Shown: positions 14,421-29,091 of the stretch, one piece after another
Numbering within the stretch: position 1 is the stretch's first letter
Layout of the letters: the number at the start of each line of letters is the position of its first letter
The notes under the pieces: model-generated
What the model saw: the letters and a program-made list of their open reading frames with translations, nothing else
What the model was told of the DNA's origin: nothing
Database searches by the model: none
Origin: Vicugna vicugna
Taxonomy: Eukaryota
Length of the DNA: 64,000 bases
Direction of reading: 5' to 3'
NCBI GenBank assembly: GCA_013265495.1
Contig: MU058198.1
Span: 4,343,579-4,407,578 of the forward strand
Translations under genes and position numbers: made by a program

Positions 14421-17400
14421 AACAAACAACAGCTGGACCCCAACCCAGAATGACTGAATCAGAACCTCTTGGGGGTGGGTTTTTTTTTGTGTGCGCTTTA
14501 AAGCTCCCCAGGCCATTCCAAAGCGCAGCCAGGGCTGAGAACCAGGGCTGAGGAGCCCTGCAGCAGAAGGCGCAGAGTACCAGGAGCACAGAGACAAGTG
14601 TGTACCAGGACACGGTGGAGCGGGGGTTCCGGCAGCGAAGGGCAGGCAGGCGGCCGCGGTGCTGCCCTATAGCCGGCCCCACGCACACTCCTCCTCGGTC
14701 AGGACCGCCCGCATGTGGTCTGAAGTGCATGACTCACGACTGAGTTTACTCTCTTGCCTTCGCAGGCAGCGTACACGGAGTGATATGAAACTAATGGAGA
14801 GCAGGTTCTAAGTTTCACTTCAGGCAAAGGATAAGGAAACAGAACACGGCAGGAGCCAAGAGCCAGGGCTCAGGAAGTCAGACAGACCTGACTTTGAATC
14901 CCAGTGCCATCACTTGGTAAGCTGCAAATGGGAGTCTCCACCTCCTCCACCGTAAAATGGGAGTAACAACAACAACAATAATAATACCACTGCAGTGGCT
15001 GTTTGGAAACGCCACTTATCTCATTTATCTATCTTATTGCTCTCATAAACACGGTCCCCGGCACCCACGGAGGGTGCGTGGAGTGTTGGCCGTCCTGAGA
15101 GCAAGTAACAACCACCTTCAGATAAATCCCAAGCAGTAAGTCTTTTTCTAAGAAAGACCCTTCTGCAGCCATTGAGCTGTTGCAGCTTCTCCGGGAAGAA
15201 GTCGCGGTGGAGCCGAGACCACACAAAGACAAAAAGCGATGTCACGCTTACAGCAGGAGCAGGGCAGGCTGCTGGGTGAAGACAAAGGGCTGGTTGTGAT
15301 AACGCTGTGTGGGCTGGAGGCCACCAAAGAGAGGCACAGGCACACAATACACAGAAACCCAGAGACCAAATATGTGGTGAGTTAGCAAAACCCTTCATCA
15401 AAGGATCAGCATCTTAAGCTGTTGAGCCTCCCACGGGTGGTGACGAGGCTGTGAAGGTGCCAGCGCTGGTGGCTCTCAGGTGTGCATGCAGAGCGGGGCC
15501 AGAGAACTCTCCAGATAGAAACCGCCCGAGGGCGGACTCGCCACCAGATAGTTTAGATCTTCATTCATTCAGCCAGTCTTCATGGAGCTCCCTCTCCATG
15601 TGAAGAACTGGGGAGGGGGAAAAAAGGAGAGAAATGAACCACAGTCCCCACCCTTGCGGAGCTGATGGGAAAGACAGAAATGTAAACAAGTCCGCTGGGA
15701 GCTGTGGGAGCACAGAGAGGGGAGGAATGGATTGCGCGGCCAGGGGAGGCTTCGCAGGGAAGCAGTCCAGACAGATCTCAGATGAGACACAACATCCAGA
15801 GAGCACGGGGGAAGGGATCTGGAGAGGGTCCTGCACAAGGGCAAGGAGCAGGGGAGGAGGGGACCCGGCTGAAGCAAAGGCTTTGGTGCTAAGGAAGCAG
15901 GAGGCGATGGGGAGCCACTGATGGTTTCTCAGCCATGCAGTGGCACGTCTGAAACCCAGATCTGAATCTTAGAATGACAATTCTGATAGCAGGGTATAGT
16001 ATGGGGGTAGAAAGAACACCTGGAGGGCCTCTGCAGTTACCCAGGAGACAAAGAAGGACCTGGACGCCCAGCCCTAACAATCCCATCCTGGCCAATGACA
16101 AATTGCTATTTTATCAGAAATAGGATGGCAGAATCACTGACTATAAACTCACGACTTGAAAAACACTTTTAAAAGTTCAAGAAGAATTGATAAAAATCTG
16201 GAGCTCTCCCTGGTCAAGAAATAAATCAAATACAGAAACAAAAATTCATGGATTATAACCTGCTTAAATCACCAATTTCCAATACTAAAAAAAAAAAAAA
16301 GTAATACTTTGAATCTATACCTTCTCTTTTTAAGTGAAAGCATTTTCACATGTATTATTCCATTTTTACTATGTTATATGTACCCTTAGAGGGCAATTTT
16401 TATTATCCCTATTTCAGGGATGTGGAAACTGAGGCAGGCACCCATTAAACAAATCACATAATGAAACAAAGTCTGTGGACCCCCAGAAAGAGAGCGATTT
16501 CAAGCTCATTAACCAAAGTGGAGTCTCTCTTAATTAATCTTCATGCTAGATGCTGGGGCTGGCTTTAACACAAACTAACCATATGATCTAAAAACCCATC
16601 CTTGACCTTTCTGTATCTCTATTTATATTTCCATCGACAACCTCACACAACTTTTCAAAGACCACAACACAATAGCACATGAGAGGATATTTTGAAACCT
16701 TCAAAACCACGCTTTGCAAACGTAGAGCTGTATCTCTATAAACAACAATAAACATATTTTTTTTAAAAGCAAAGAATGCTGAGAATTTGGGTAAGTGCAG
16801 ACCCTCTAAGTTTCTACAAGGAATACACATCTCAGATGTAGCCCAGAAATTTACACGCTTAGTGCGGTGCACAAAATGAAGGGAAAATACATTCACCTGG
16901 AAGATTGGGGTGAGGCTGCTTTGGACGGATGACAGATAGATTCTGGGTGGAGAACACCATCGTCTCCACACGCCCTTTTCTAAAGGTCAAAGAAGAGTGT
17001 TCCGACACCACAAGGGCTGAAACGATGTTGTGGGTGACTCAAGATAGAACACTGATTTTTTTTCAAATGAGGCTTTTACCCAAAAGGCTTTTACTCAAAT
17101 GAAATGTTAACTCAGGGGAGCTGGCAGCCCACCACTGAGTTCCGCCACAGACTGCTGCCATGCGTACTCCGCCTCTAACCTTTCCATGTGGTTAGTCACT
17201 GAACAAATATTTGTTGGGTTCCCTTCCATGAGCCATCATGAGTAAGAGATACGGCCCCTGCCCTGACAAGCTGGGGACTCTCGAGGAAAATAAACCGTGT
17301 CGCTCCGGAGAGTGGCAGTCATCAGTCATCCTTACCACTGAGAACACTCACTGAGCTGGGGCCATGTGTTAAGCGCTGCTCCAGGTGCTTTTAAGAATGA

Positions 17401-18130
17401 ATTCCTTAAAGGTCAAAAATAACTCCGTGGGGGGAGTAGCATTACCTCCATGTTACAGATGAGGAAACTGAGGCACAGAGGCTTGCCCAAGGTTTCACAG
17501 TTAGGCTCTGAACCTGGGCAGTTCTGAGCTCCAGAGATCCTGTTCTTAACGTCTGTGTTCCAGGTGCTTTACATGCTTTCACTCATTTAATCCTCAAGAT
17601 AACTATGAGATCAGTACTACTATTGTACACATTTTACAGACGAGAAACCTAGGCACAGAGAAGTTAATTTACTTGCCAAAGGTTACAGAGCAATGGGAGG
17701 GCATCTAATGCAGATCGAGGATACCAGAAAGGTTTTCTGAAACTAGTGATGCCTTTTGAGGCCTCGTGGATGAATTGGAGTTTGAAGCACGAATGTTGGA
17801 TAGAGGACGGTAGGTAATGAGGACAGAAGTGAGAGAGAGAGCACAGAGACAAGGTGACCCGGCTCGGGGAAGGCCCTACCTGAAGCTCAGGTGTGAGGGG
17901 CCCACTGAAGTCTGAGGGCAAAGCTGGGGAACTCGAGAAGGCTTCGGGTACTTGGGGCCTCACACAGAGTGGGAGGCGGTGGCAGTCTACCACCGAGGGA
18001 GGGCCGGGAGGGCTGACACATCCCCCTCGGAGGCCACCCAAGGCACAGGCATGCAGGGCCTGCTGAAGAACAACCGGGAAAAATGAGAGAAACCCTGCAG
18101 GCCTTTGGGCCTTAAACTGAGTATCAGAGC

Positions 18131-18270
18131 AGGGAAGGGTATAGCCCAGTGGTAGAGTACGTGCTTTCCCGGGTTCAATCGCCGGTACCTCCATTAGTAA
18201 ATAAATAAATAAATCTAATTACCCCTCCCCATAAAACAAAACAAAACAAAATAGACATGAAAAAAGAAAA
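18131..18270 (+). mobile_element. tRNA-derived SINE (Vic-1-like)
   Basis: gggaagggtatagcccagtggtagag...gggttcaatc...acctccatt, with (taaa)n and ctaattaccc in the tail. Confidence 0.8.
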
Positions 18271-18591
18271 ACATGAGTACCAGGCAGTGCCACAGGGAGG
18301 GACAGGAGAGCTGAGAAAAGCTATTTTGATGCAGGTACACAAGTCCTACTAAATGTGGGGGTAAACAAGAAAACTGAGCTAAACAAGACCTGCCAGAGGG
18401 AACATTTTCATCCTGCCTTTGGGATGAAAGTTGAAGCCTGTGATGAACTGAATGTACCAAAAGCAACAACCAAGCCAAGAGTCACACAACAACACTCTAG
18501 ACTGACTTGAGCCCTCACACAAATGGCCTGACAGAAGAGGCATGCACTCCTGGTTTCTCCATACATCTGGCATTCAACCAAAACTGATCAC

Positions 18592-18627
<36 letters not shown>

Positions 18628-18639
18628 TACCATGGGGGG

Positions 18640-19380
18640 AAAAAACAGAAAATATGCATTATCAAGATGGAATACAGTCAATGGAACTAGATCCAAAGAT
18701 AGCCAAGATGCTGGAATTATCTTGCAGGGACTTTAAAACAACTATGATAAGTACATTAAAGGAGCTAGTGGAAAAGGTGGACAGAATGCATGAATAGATG
18801 AGGGATTTCTGCAGAGATCTGGAAACTGAAACAAATTATCCAAGCTAAAATACAAAGAGGAAAAAACTGGGACAAAATATCCAAGATCTATGGGACAGTA
18901 TCAGTTTTTCATAAATGCAATTAGAGTGCTAGACGGAAAAAGAAGGAACACAGGGCAGAAGAAACATTGAACCAAAAAATGGCTAAGAAGTTTCCAAATT
19001 TAATGAACACTATCAAACCACTGATCCAAGCCCAGAGAACTCTAAACAAGACAAACACAAAGAAAAATACACCTAAAAAGATCAAGGTCAAACTGCTGGA
19101 AACCAAAGATAAAGAGAAAATCTTGAAAGTCGACTGGAAGCTAAAAACGCTCAGCCCTTCACATACAGGAGGGCAACAATAAGAATGATGGCTGACTTGT
19201 CATCAGAACTACTATGACCAGATGACAATGGAAGAACATCTTTAAAGTGGTGAGAGAGAAAAGCAATCAACCGACAATTCTACATCAAATGAAAATATTC
19301 CTCAAAGATGAAGGCAAAATAAAGCCTTTTTTTTTTTCAGAGAGACAAAGGTTAAAAAGATTTCATCTTCTAAAGATCAC
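18640..19380 (+). mobile_element. Degenerate L1 ORF1 region
   Basis: Peptide remnants MAKKFPNLMNTIKPLIQAQRTL...IKVKLLETKDKEKILK and NQPTILHQMKIFLKDEGKIK resemble L1 ORF1p. Frameshifted. Confidence 0.8.
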
Positions 19381-22300
19381 TACAACATTGTGCTGGGGAG
19401 GAGGAGGGAGATGGAGAGAGCTTGGGCATTAAGACATCTATACTGATGCAGTCTGGGGTGGGGAAGGTCTTAGCTCTTACTTCCCATGCCAGCTCTGGTT
19501 AGTCACAGCTGTCTGCTGCCCCAGTCAAAAAGGGACTGTGAGGCTGCAACCAAACTCCCTGGGAACCAGACAGACTGACAAGGACAGAATGACAGAAAGA
19601 TGTGTCAATCATTCTAACAGTGGATGTTTTTGCTCCTGGGTAAATGTCAAACTTAATGTCACACCCTAGTTTCACCGTGCAGGCAGATTAGGCACAAGGA
19701 AATGTTGGAGATTTTCTCTACTTTCTAGTAAAGTATCGGGGTAGTTTAACATCAAGAAGATTGCCAATTTCCAGCTTTTGGACTTTAACTTATGTCTCTG
19801 AGGTCTTGGGAGAGAAAGAAAAAGTTTTGGCTACAAGTGTGCTCGGCATTTTAGAGCTAAAGATTCCTCCACCTTGGCACTACCGACATTTTGGTCTAGA
19901 TAATTCCTTCTTACTCAGGGTGCTGTCCTGAGCATCACAGAACGTTAACAGCAGCCCTGACTCCCACCCGCTTCAAAGCCAGTGGCAGGGCGTCCCCCTT
20001 TCCCCAGTGGTGACCACCAAAAATGTCCAGATATACTGCCAAATGTCGGGGGGAGGGCCAAAACTGCCCTCAGTTAAGAACCATTTGGTAAACAGAAAGA
20101 ATCTTCATGGTTGTCAGAGAGACAAAGAGGTGGCAGTCTTTCTGTAGGAAGATTAATATAATTCATTTACATTAATGGGGCGGGAGGCTGGAGGAGGTGG
20201 AAGGATGCTATTCCGAGTAATGACCTAGTAAATAACTCTTTTTTGTTTAATTAGCGCTATTGCTGATGATGTAAACTTGGGGGTGTCTTGTAACCTGGAA
20301 AATGGAAGGACATAGAAACCTGCTTTACTTCTTTTCTACAGACTGGTTCTTTAGCTCCTTGAGACTTTTTATGAAGTAGGGATAGTATTATAGTTTTTAA
20401 CTTCCAAGAACTCTGCATCTTTTTGTTAGTAGCTCTTTTCCCCCACGGTGGGTGCAATATCTTTTCTGAGGATTTTTCTTCCATCCTATTGTCCTGCCTT
20501 AGACAACACATGAGTAGATAAAACACCACTTGCTTTAGTCATCCACAGAGCTCCTTCTCCATAAGTCACCTGGGAATTTTTTTTTTCTGAATAGCTTTCA
20601 GTACCATATTTTTTAATCTCCAAAAATTTTAAAGGAAGATCTCTTCTAACATTTCAATGGATTTTTAATGGCAGAGAAGAAATGAACACACGTTTGGTCA
20701 ATTATCTTAAATTAAACTGTCTCCCATAATGTCTTAAGTTCTCCTTCTCAGAGAATTTTCCCATCATGGACACCTTCTGGAACCTACTGGTGACAGTTCA
20801 ATCTGTTGTGCCATCACATGTTATTATGATAGTTGTTTTCCTGAGACTTTATTAAAAATCCAAGTTGCAAAATCACCTGATAAAAAGGCAGAGAGGGAGC
20901 AGTCGGAATGGAGCATTTTAAACAGGCAAAGGAATTTCTGGGAAAATCTAGCATTTCAACAAATCTGGAGATCGTTCAAACAGGACGCTGGTCTTTTCTT
21001 ATCATTGCAAATGCTCTTATTTGTGAAAACGACTTATACGTGCGTATCTCCTTTGTCACCTGCAAGTCTGAACACAGAACAGGAGGAAACGGATAAAAGC
21101 ATGAGTTCAGAAGGAATCCCACCCCGCCCCCGGCTCCTTGTGGGTGAATGAGGCTGCGAGTGAAAGTGTGGACCAGGCCTGCTGGGGTTCAAAGCCCAGC
21201 CCACCATCCAAAAGCTGTGTAGCTACGAGCAGGTTACTTGTCTCTGGGTCTCCATTTCCTCATCTGTAAAAATGGAGATACTGAGTTTCTAACTTACAGA
21301 CTTGAAAGGATTGAAAGAGATAATACATGCAAGGTGCTGATTCCTCGAAACCGCAAAACATGGTTTTTCTTGTTATAACATAAGTAGTTAAGTGTGTGGA
21401 CTCTGGAGACAGACTCACGAGCTCTGTGACCTCAGACAAGTTCCTGAATGTCTCTGGGCCTCTGTTTGCCCCTCCGTAAAAGGGAATGACACAGTATTGA
21501 TTGTGCTGGCTACTAAATGAGTCAGTAGGTGACTAGCACTTGGAATAGTGCCCGGCATCGGTAAGCGTCCAAATAAATGCAAGCTGTCATGACTCCCATT
21601 ATTGTTCTTTGGCTGGATCTTTCTGGCAGCCGTGCGGAAGGTGTGTGAGAGCAGGACACCCTAGAGGAGAACACGAGGAGACCCGCGTACGTGAGACCCA
21701 GGTAAAGACGAGGGGCCTGCCCCCTAGTGAGGAGGCAGCGGGGAAGGAGAGGGGACGGGGAGCTCTTACAAAGGGACGATGAACAGGACTGAGTGACATG
21801 GCGTGGGTGTAGGGTGAGAAGGAAGAGCCTAGAATGATCACCAAGTTTCTATGCTGAGTGACTGGTTGGATAATAAGGTTCTTTCCCTGGAGAGGAAATT
21901 TGGGCGGACCTGAGGGTCAGGTCAGTGAGGTCTGCTCCAGAAATGCTGAACTGAAGGGATCTTCTGAACGTTCGGGTGGAGTTTTTTTCAGTGTGTTTTT
22001 TGATGTATGGCCCTGATGTATGTACGATGCCACAGAAGAGGCGCCTGGGTGGGAAATGCAGAGCCTGCTGTGAGGAGGAGCAGCAAGCAGGGATTTGGGG
22101 GGCGTTCACTCAGAATACAGATCCTGCAGAGAAGACGGCAGGTAAGGACAGAAGACTTGTGAACACACAGAAGAGCCAGAATGGGGAACAGAACAGGAGT
22201 CCCCGGGGAGGCCGGGAGCGAAGGGAAGCTGAGGGACTGGTTAAAAATGCAGATGGTGGCAGAGAGGACGGGAGGGATGAGGAGAATGGTGACTGGAGGC

Positions 22301-23009
22301 CAGGGTGCAGGGCAGAGGGGGAGAGGGAGAAGCAAAGTCACGTGGAGAAAGAAGGCAGAGAAAAACCTGAACCTGCAGCAGCCAAGGAGAAAGAGCCAGT
22401 GGCCAGAGGGAGACTGAAAACGCAGAGCAGGCAGAGGGGAGACAGGGCAGGGGAGCCCCCGGGAAAGGGAAAGAGGGGAAGCAGCGACAGCAGCAGGGAC
22501 AGAAATGGTGGCAGAATCCAGCTTTCTCTGGAAATTAGGAGGCAGGTCATCCGAGGAGAGTGGGTGTGTCTGGAGCGGGTGGAGTAGGTTTGAGAAAAGT
22601 TAAGTCTGGCGAAGGCACTTAGGAAAATGGGATGGGAAACTTAGTCAAGGACTGGAAGGCAGTATTAAAAGTCCAGCTGAGCTTGGAGGCCATAAACTCT
22701 GGCAGCCCCAGCCTGCACAATCAGATGATCTTTCTGGACCACACCCTGTATCCCAGGTATGGGAGTGAAGATGCCAAGAAGGAGGAGTCAGGCTATTATT
22801 CTGCAGAACAGGTGAAAAGAGAAGGCTAGCTGGACAAGGTTCTGAACGTGACGTCAAAGAGAGACTGCTGGGATGGACCGAGGCCAGAGAGGCAGGGGGT
22901 GTCAGCAAGGGCAGGAAGAAGGGTTTGGGAGAGGAGTCTGAAAGGGGAAGAGGCTGTGGTCAGATGGTGGACAGAGAATTCGGGTTCAGACTTTAGACGT
23001 GGTTCGTAA

Positions 23010-23356
23010 AACACAATGGCATACTACTCAGCCCAACAAATAAAATAATGCCACTTGCAGCGACATGGATGGACCTAGAGATTATCATACTAAGTGAAGT
23101 AAGTCAGAAAGAGAAAGAAAAATATCATATGATATCACTTATAAGAGTTTGAGATTTGCAGATACTAACTACTATATACAAAATAGATAAACAACAAGTT
23201 TCTACTGTATAGCACAGGGAACTATACCCAGTATTTTGTAGTAACTTATAATGAAAAAGAATATGAAAACGAATATATGCATGTATATGGATGACTGAAA
23301 CATTATCCTGTACACCAGAAACGGACACAACATTGTTAACTGACTACAATTCAATC

Positions 23357-23360
<4 letters not shown>
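23010..23360 (+). mobile_element. L1 3' end (artiodactyl-type, rearranged) with (CA)n tail
   Basis: catggatggacctagagattatcatactaagtgaagtaagtcaga...ctactgtatagcacagggaactatacccagtattttgtagtaacttataatgaaaaagaata. Confidence 0.8.

Positions 23361-23389
<29 letters not shown>
23361..23389. repeat. (CA)n microsatellite
   Basis: About 14 perfect CA units. Confidence 0.95.
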
Positions 23390-23390
<1 letters not shown>

Positions 23391-25199
23391 AGCAAATTTC
23401 TTTCTGGAAAAGAAAGCCAGTCTGCATCTCCACCTAAAGCATACAACACAGCCTTCCTCTCACCCCTCCCCAGACAGCAGTACAGCGTTGGTTTCAACTT
23501 TGCCAATTTGCTGCATGAAAAATGGAGTTGCTTTGTGCTTCTTCAATTACTTGTAATTTCGAAAAGAGTCTCATATATAATAGCCATGTGTGACTTTCTG
23601 ATCATGGTATTTGCTCATTAGAGTGGTGGTCTTGAAACTGACCAGAAAGCTCTCTATATTAAGGATATTAACCCTCTGTTGTGGCTGCTCTCAATTTCTG
23701 CCAGTTATTCATCTGTCATGGTTTTGATTATGATATAGGACAGACAGAGTTTAACTTCTATTGTTCATGCTCTGCACATTTATGCCGGAGCATGAAGTTC
23801 TTTCCATATTTCCTTCTATTTATTTTACAGTTTTATTTTTCAAAAGAAACTCTTGATCCGTTTGGAATTTATGTTGGCATATAGCAGTGAGATGAAATCT
23901 CACCTGACTCTTTTTCCTGATACTAACCTGTTGTCTTGTACTGTTTCCTGACTGTCTTATGATGCCTCCTTATCACATGCCAACTTCTTAAACATACCAG
24001 GGCTTGTCCCTGGGCGGACAAGTGTGGGAACACAACAGGGAGGCTAATTCGGCCAAGGTCAGAGAGGTCTGCGCTGGGAAACGGTGCAGACGGGCTCTCA
24101 GCTCCTCAGACATGAGTCCAGCACACTTTTTACTGTACCCCAACTGCCCTAAAGTGGTGTTTGTTTTTTAAAGTCCCCATCTAAAAAAGTTGAAAACATA
24201 ATTAAGCTAACTGCCCAAAGAGCTGATTATTAAGGGAAAGTAATTTGATGTGCTCATCAAATCTCATCAAGAGAACCAGATTTCTGCTTTTGAGGGGGAA
24301 ATCTCTCAGAGAGACCTCGAGGGTATACTTTAGAGACTAGCAGAATAGCACACCAAAAAGACGTGCGAGGGGCCCATCTGTAAACAACGCGTCTCAAGAC
24401 ACCAGTTCACGGCATGGGAGCTGCAGCCCAGCATCTCTCTGATAACCGGTCGGCTTCCTGAGCTACTGACCATGGAGATGGTCTTCTTTCATCCTGAGGT
24501 TCTTGTCCAAGGGCTTGAGGATGTCTTTGAAGTCCACGAAATTATATGCAAGTGTGTGTATGTGCACAGATCATATGCAAACATTAATCCCGCCCAGGTT
24601 TACCAATTACACTCATTAGACAGTATTCTCAACACAAACAACAAAATATTTAGGAAGCACGTAAAAGCTTTGTGCATACAAAAACATGTGCCATGCTCAT
24701 GCTGTGGAGCTATCAGTTCTCCCCAAGGTTTAGTTCATAGGTTTACTGGACCGTAATTCCTGGGTTTTAGTTAGTTTTGTATCCTCAGGGCCTAATCCAC
24801 AGCAGGCACCCAATAAATATTACTTGGATAAGTGAGCTTGAAATCCGTCAAAATCCTAAGTGAATTTTTCTAGGAACTAGCAAAGAAGTGATACCAAAAT
24901 TCATTTTTAGACAGAAACAGGAAAGAATAGCTGGAAAAGAGGAGCTGAAGCAAACGAGGTCTACCAGGTTTAAAACACATTACAGATACAGTTAGGAAAA
25001 CAGTGCGGTATTGCCGAGGACATACACACATACCCAGAGCCAGAAATTAATGGAAGAGGAAAGAAAAAGACTTATATGTTTTTAAAAAGAGACGCATTAT
25101 AAAACAATGGAAAAGTGAAAAACCGTTGTGTTGCCTGTTTCAGTAAAGAACATCTAACCACGCACCTGTTTTTTTCATCCCAAACATCATGGTGTTAAA

Positions 25200-25330
25200 T
25201 ATGTTTTCTTCTGGTGGGGAGGGAGGTAATTTACTTAATTTGTTTATTTTTAGAGGAGGTTCTGGGGATTGAACCCAGGACCTCCTGCATGCTAAGCACG
25301 CACTCTACCAGTTGAGCCATCCCCTCCCCT
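25200..25330 (-). mobile_element. tRNA-derived SINE (Vic-1-like)
   Basis: ggggattgaacccaggacctcctgcatgctaagcacgcactctacca...cccctcccc, with gttaaatatg repeated on both sides. Confidence 0.85.
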
Positions 25331-26589
25331 CAGTTAAATATGGTTTCAGGTCAGTCTCCAATGCCCTTGTCTTAGCTCTGGCTGCCATGCTTCCTAACTA
25401 GCCTCCTTTCACCTTCTTCTCTTCCCCTTCCTCCACAACCCTAACTCCACCTGCTGCCAGAGTTGTCCTCCTAAAGCACCCACTTATCTCAACCTTCTGC
25501 ATGAAGGGGCTCCCCAGTTCCACTGCAGTGGGCTTCAAACCATGATTCCCTCCCGACCTCCCCAAATTGGAACAGAAGCGTTTCTAATGCTGGCTTCCAC
25601 CGTTGAGAACAAAAGCCAGTCAATACTGCCCTTTTCCAAAAGCTGGTGTTCACAAGTCGTGGGTGGCCATGTATTTGAGTCCCGCCATGCAGGGGTTCTT
25701 TGGAGAATGTTATTAATCCTGGCATATCCAAAAAAATGCAAAAACATTGAAAGTACTGAAAAGTTTATGAGAGGGGATGAACAAATGTAATGAAAAGTAA
25801 AGATACTAAAAGTTACACTGTGAGAAATGATGCCTCACTAGACTTTCAGTGCACAGCAAAATTGCCTATGTGGGGGGAAGACGGCCATCTGTCTACACTA
25901 GGCAGAGAAAATTGAGTATATTGGGTTTTAAGGCTTTTTAAGGCTTGGAAGAACCAACTTCCTCCCTCTACTGGATGGAAATGCATCCAGGGACTTGTGA
26001 ATTTAAATACAGTCATCCTGGACTTGAGAACACATGCATCTACACACAGCCTTTCACTACCTAATTTGAAAATAAGATCTGGATAGAGTTTTTCCACCAT
26101 TAAGAATCAAATTTAGTTGTCTTTTTTCAATTTATAGACAAAAAAAATCAAATTAAAGAATACATTTTCAGGATTTTTGTTTTCCCCTACAAATTTTTGT
26201 TCCCTCTTGGAATTCTTCATCACCAATCAGCCCTACCTTCCTGTTGTCAAGATTGCTAAAGTGTCACATGTCGGAGAAGCCTTCAGGGAGCCCCATGCAC
26301 ATTTCAGAGACCCCACACCTGAGTCTGTTCCTCCTCTACCCTAGCACTCACCAGAGCTAGTGAAGGAGAAACACTTGGGTGTATTTCCCCAAGGTACAGC
26401 TGGGCATGGGTTCAGGCGGCCACTCCAGCCCATGCATCTGAAAGTATCCAATGACCACATGAAATTCAAGTTAGTAGATGTGTAAATGTTCACACTGACA
26501 GATGACAGGTAGCTGGTAGCTGCACAGAGGAATTTCTGTGCAATTCTGAACATTTATAAATTTAAATATTTTTTATTCATTCGAGCACC

Positions 26590-26809
26590 TGTTTATGTAG
26601 TCTACGATTTACGTTTTAAACTCTTCAGGAGGCATAAATTTGGCTAAGCCATGTGGAAGAACACTGAGAAACTACAGAAGAAATGCTGATGAAACATTCA
26701 GGGAGAGATCAAATTGACTGCTAGACCGAAAGGCATCTCTGATAAGGAAGACACCTAAAGACAACTGAGGGAAAGGAGAGGAAGAGAGAAACATCTTAGG
26801 ACTAATTAA
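26590..26809 (+). repeat. 220 bp dispersed direct repeat, copy A
   Basis: Matches 28872-29091 with 3 substitutions by manual comparison. Confidence 0.95.
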
Positions 26810-27863
26810 AAGGAAGTGGTCTTTGCAAATAATCAATAAGCTGTAATTAATGTGAAATAGCAAGACAGAGGAAACCAGTCTCACAACCTGGGGGACTCAG
26901 ATGAACTGAATACTGTTTTCGTATCATTTGCTGCAAATAGGCTCTACCTATTCAAAAACAGTGTCTTATATACATCACAGGGTCCGACTGTCAACAGAAT
27001 CTGCTTTATCTTCTGAAACTTATATCAAATCTGCACTTAGTCATAGACATGCTCTCTCAAGATTCCATCACTGCTTTAAGTAACGTGTCTTAGAAGAAGA
27101 ATATTGACTTGTTTATATGAAAATATATGAATAAGTCAAGATACAGCATTAAAATATTTCATTATTAATACCTAAGATCGGCTAGAACAGGTACATTTGG
27201 CTATATTCAAATTATCTTTTTGTATGGCTATCTTCCCACTCAAGTTGCTAGGAATTGGTTATATTTTTACTCCCAGCCACTAGCACTTGATAGGTTCTCA
27301 ATAGATATTCGTTGAACTGAACTGGTAATTGAACAATGAAATTGACAATCAAACAGTAATTCTATGACAATTAAATAAACAAGTGACACATACAGAAAAC
27401 TTGAGCATACAAGGAAATACAAACATAAGGAGAACAGCCACTTCAACCTTAGTGGAAAAAATTAAAATAAGAAGCCAATTTTTAGGAAGACAATGTCGGG
27501 TGTTACTGGGGTGAAGGCGAAACACAGCCTTCATCCTGTCGTGCATAATGATGGGCACTGCAGTGCGACACTGCCTGCTGTACCATAAGTGAAAGATAGC
27601 GCCAACACGTTAGAAGGCAATTTGGCAATACACTGACTATATAAATATTAATTTTCTACAAGTGTTGTGATTCTAAACTTCAGGTAATTCATCAAAAAAA
27701 ATAATTTAGAGGGGAATGGCCATAATCATTAAAATAATGACTGGCCATGTCAAAACTAAGGGGAGACCTAGTTGTCCCTCAGAAGGGATGAAAACCAGCT
27801 TAAGGCAGCAGAGCCAGTTGGAAGACCCTTGTGAGCCCAGGTGAAAAACAGGAAAGCTGAAGT

Positions 27864-28001
27864 GGGGGAGGCTATAGCTTAATGGTAGAATGCCTGCTTA
27901 GCATGCACAAGGTCTTGGGCTCAATCCCCAGTACTTCCATTAACAAATAAATAAATAAACCTAATTACCTCCCCCTCCAAAAATAAAAAATTTAAAAAAA
28001 A
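27864..28001 (+). mobile_element. tRNA-derived SINE (Vic-1-like)
   Basis: ggggaggctatagcttaatggtagaa...gcttagcatgcacaaggtc...aatccccagtac with an A-rich tail. Confidence 0.85.
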
Positions 28002-28871
28002 TGAAAGCTTAAACTAAGATCATTGGAAGAATGGCCACTGAGAGGCAGAAACCAAGTTAAAAGATATTCAGGAGGCAGAGCTGCCAGATCCTGGAGAGAG
28101 CCTGGATATAAAGAACACGGAAGAGGGTGGCTGGGCAGGGGTGGTGGCACTCAACATACTAGAGCAAGAGTCAGCAAACTCTTCTGCAAAAGGAACAGGC
28201 AGTAGATAGCTCTGGCCCTGCAGCCCATGCGCTCACCGCTAAAACGACCCCGGTTTGCTGCTGCAGCACATGGCCGTGTTCCAAGGAGCCTTTTTCACAA
28301 AACAGGCACTGGGCAGGACTTGGCCTGCAGGTCAAAGTTTGCCAACCCGTAGACTAGGGAATCCAGGCAAAGGAGGCCAATTTGAGGATGAACTTCATGA
28401 GTTCAATCTCAGCAGGACATTTAGGTGGAGATGTTCAATCTAGGGATGGGGAGATGCCAGCGCCAGAGGCATAAAATTGAGAGTCGTCAGCACGAGGTGG
28501 CAGCTATGGGGCTGAAATCACCCAGGGGAGTGGTCTCAGCAGACAGGAGACAAGGACACTTCCCTGTCCACATACAAGGGCAGCTGGGCAATGTCACTTC
28601 AGGTCACTATGGCCCTGGCAAGGCAAAAGCATTATAACCTAACTTCCCTTAACTCCTTTAACCTAAAGAGAGGCTCCTATTTTAACTTGGGGCTTTTATT
28701 CCCTTTTTCAAGATTAATATCTTTCAAGTTTCAGACTCATAGATGAAAAAGAAAACTTCCCACTGGCTGGAAAATAAGGCAATTCTAAAATAAAGTGTCC
28801 ATCAACTTGATGTCTTACTTTGAAATATTTTACACTCAAAACATATACAACATCATACTTGATATCATACT

Positions 28872-29091
28872 TGTTTACGTAGTCTACGATTTACGATTTA
28901 AACTCTTCAGGAGGCATAAATTTGGATAAGCCATGTGGAAGAACACTGAGAAACTACAGAAGAAATGCTGATGAAACATTCAGGGAGAGATCAAATTGAC
29001 TGCTAGACCGAAAGGCATCTCTGATAAGGAAGACACCTAAAGACAACTGAGGGAAAGGAGAGGAAGAGAGAAACATCTTAGGACTAATTAA
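28872..29091 (+). repeat. 220 bp dispersed direct repeat, copy B
   Basis: Matches 26590-26809 with 3 substitutions. Confidence 0.95.

Noticed and set aside
21976..22587. 203-aa E/R/G/K-rich ORF
   Set aside because: Purine-rich, degenerate L2-like intronic DNA with no recognisable domain or splice support.
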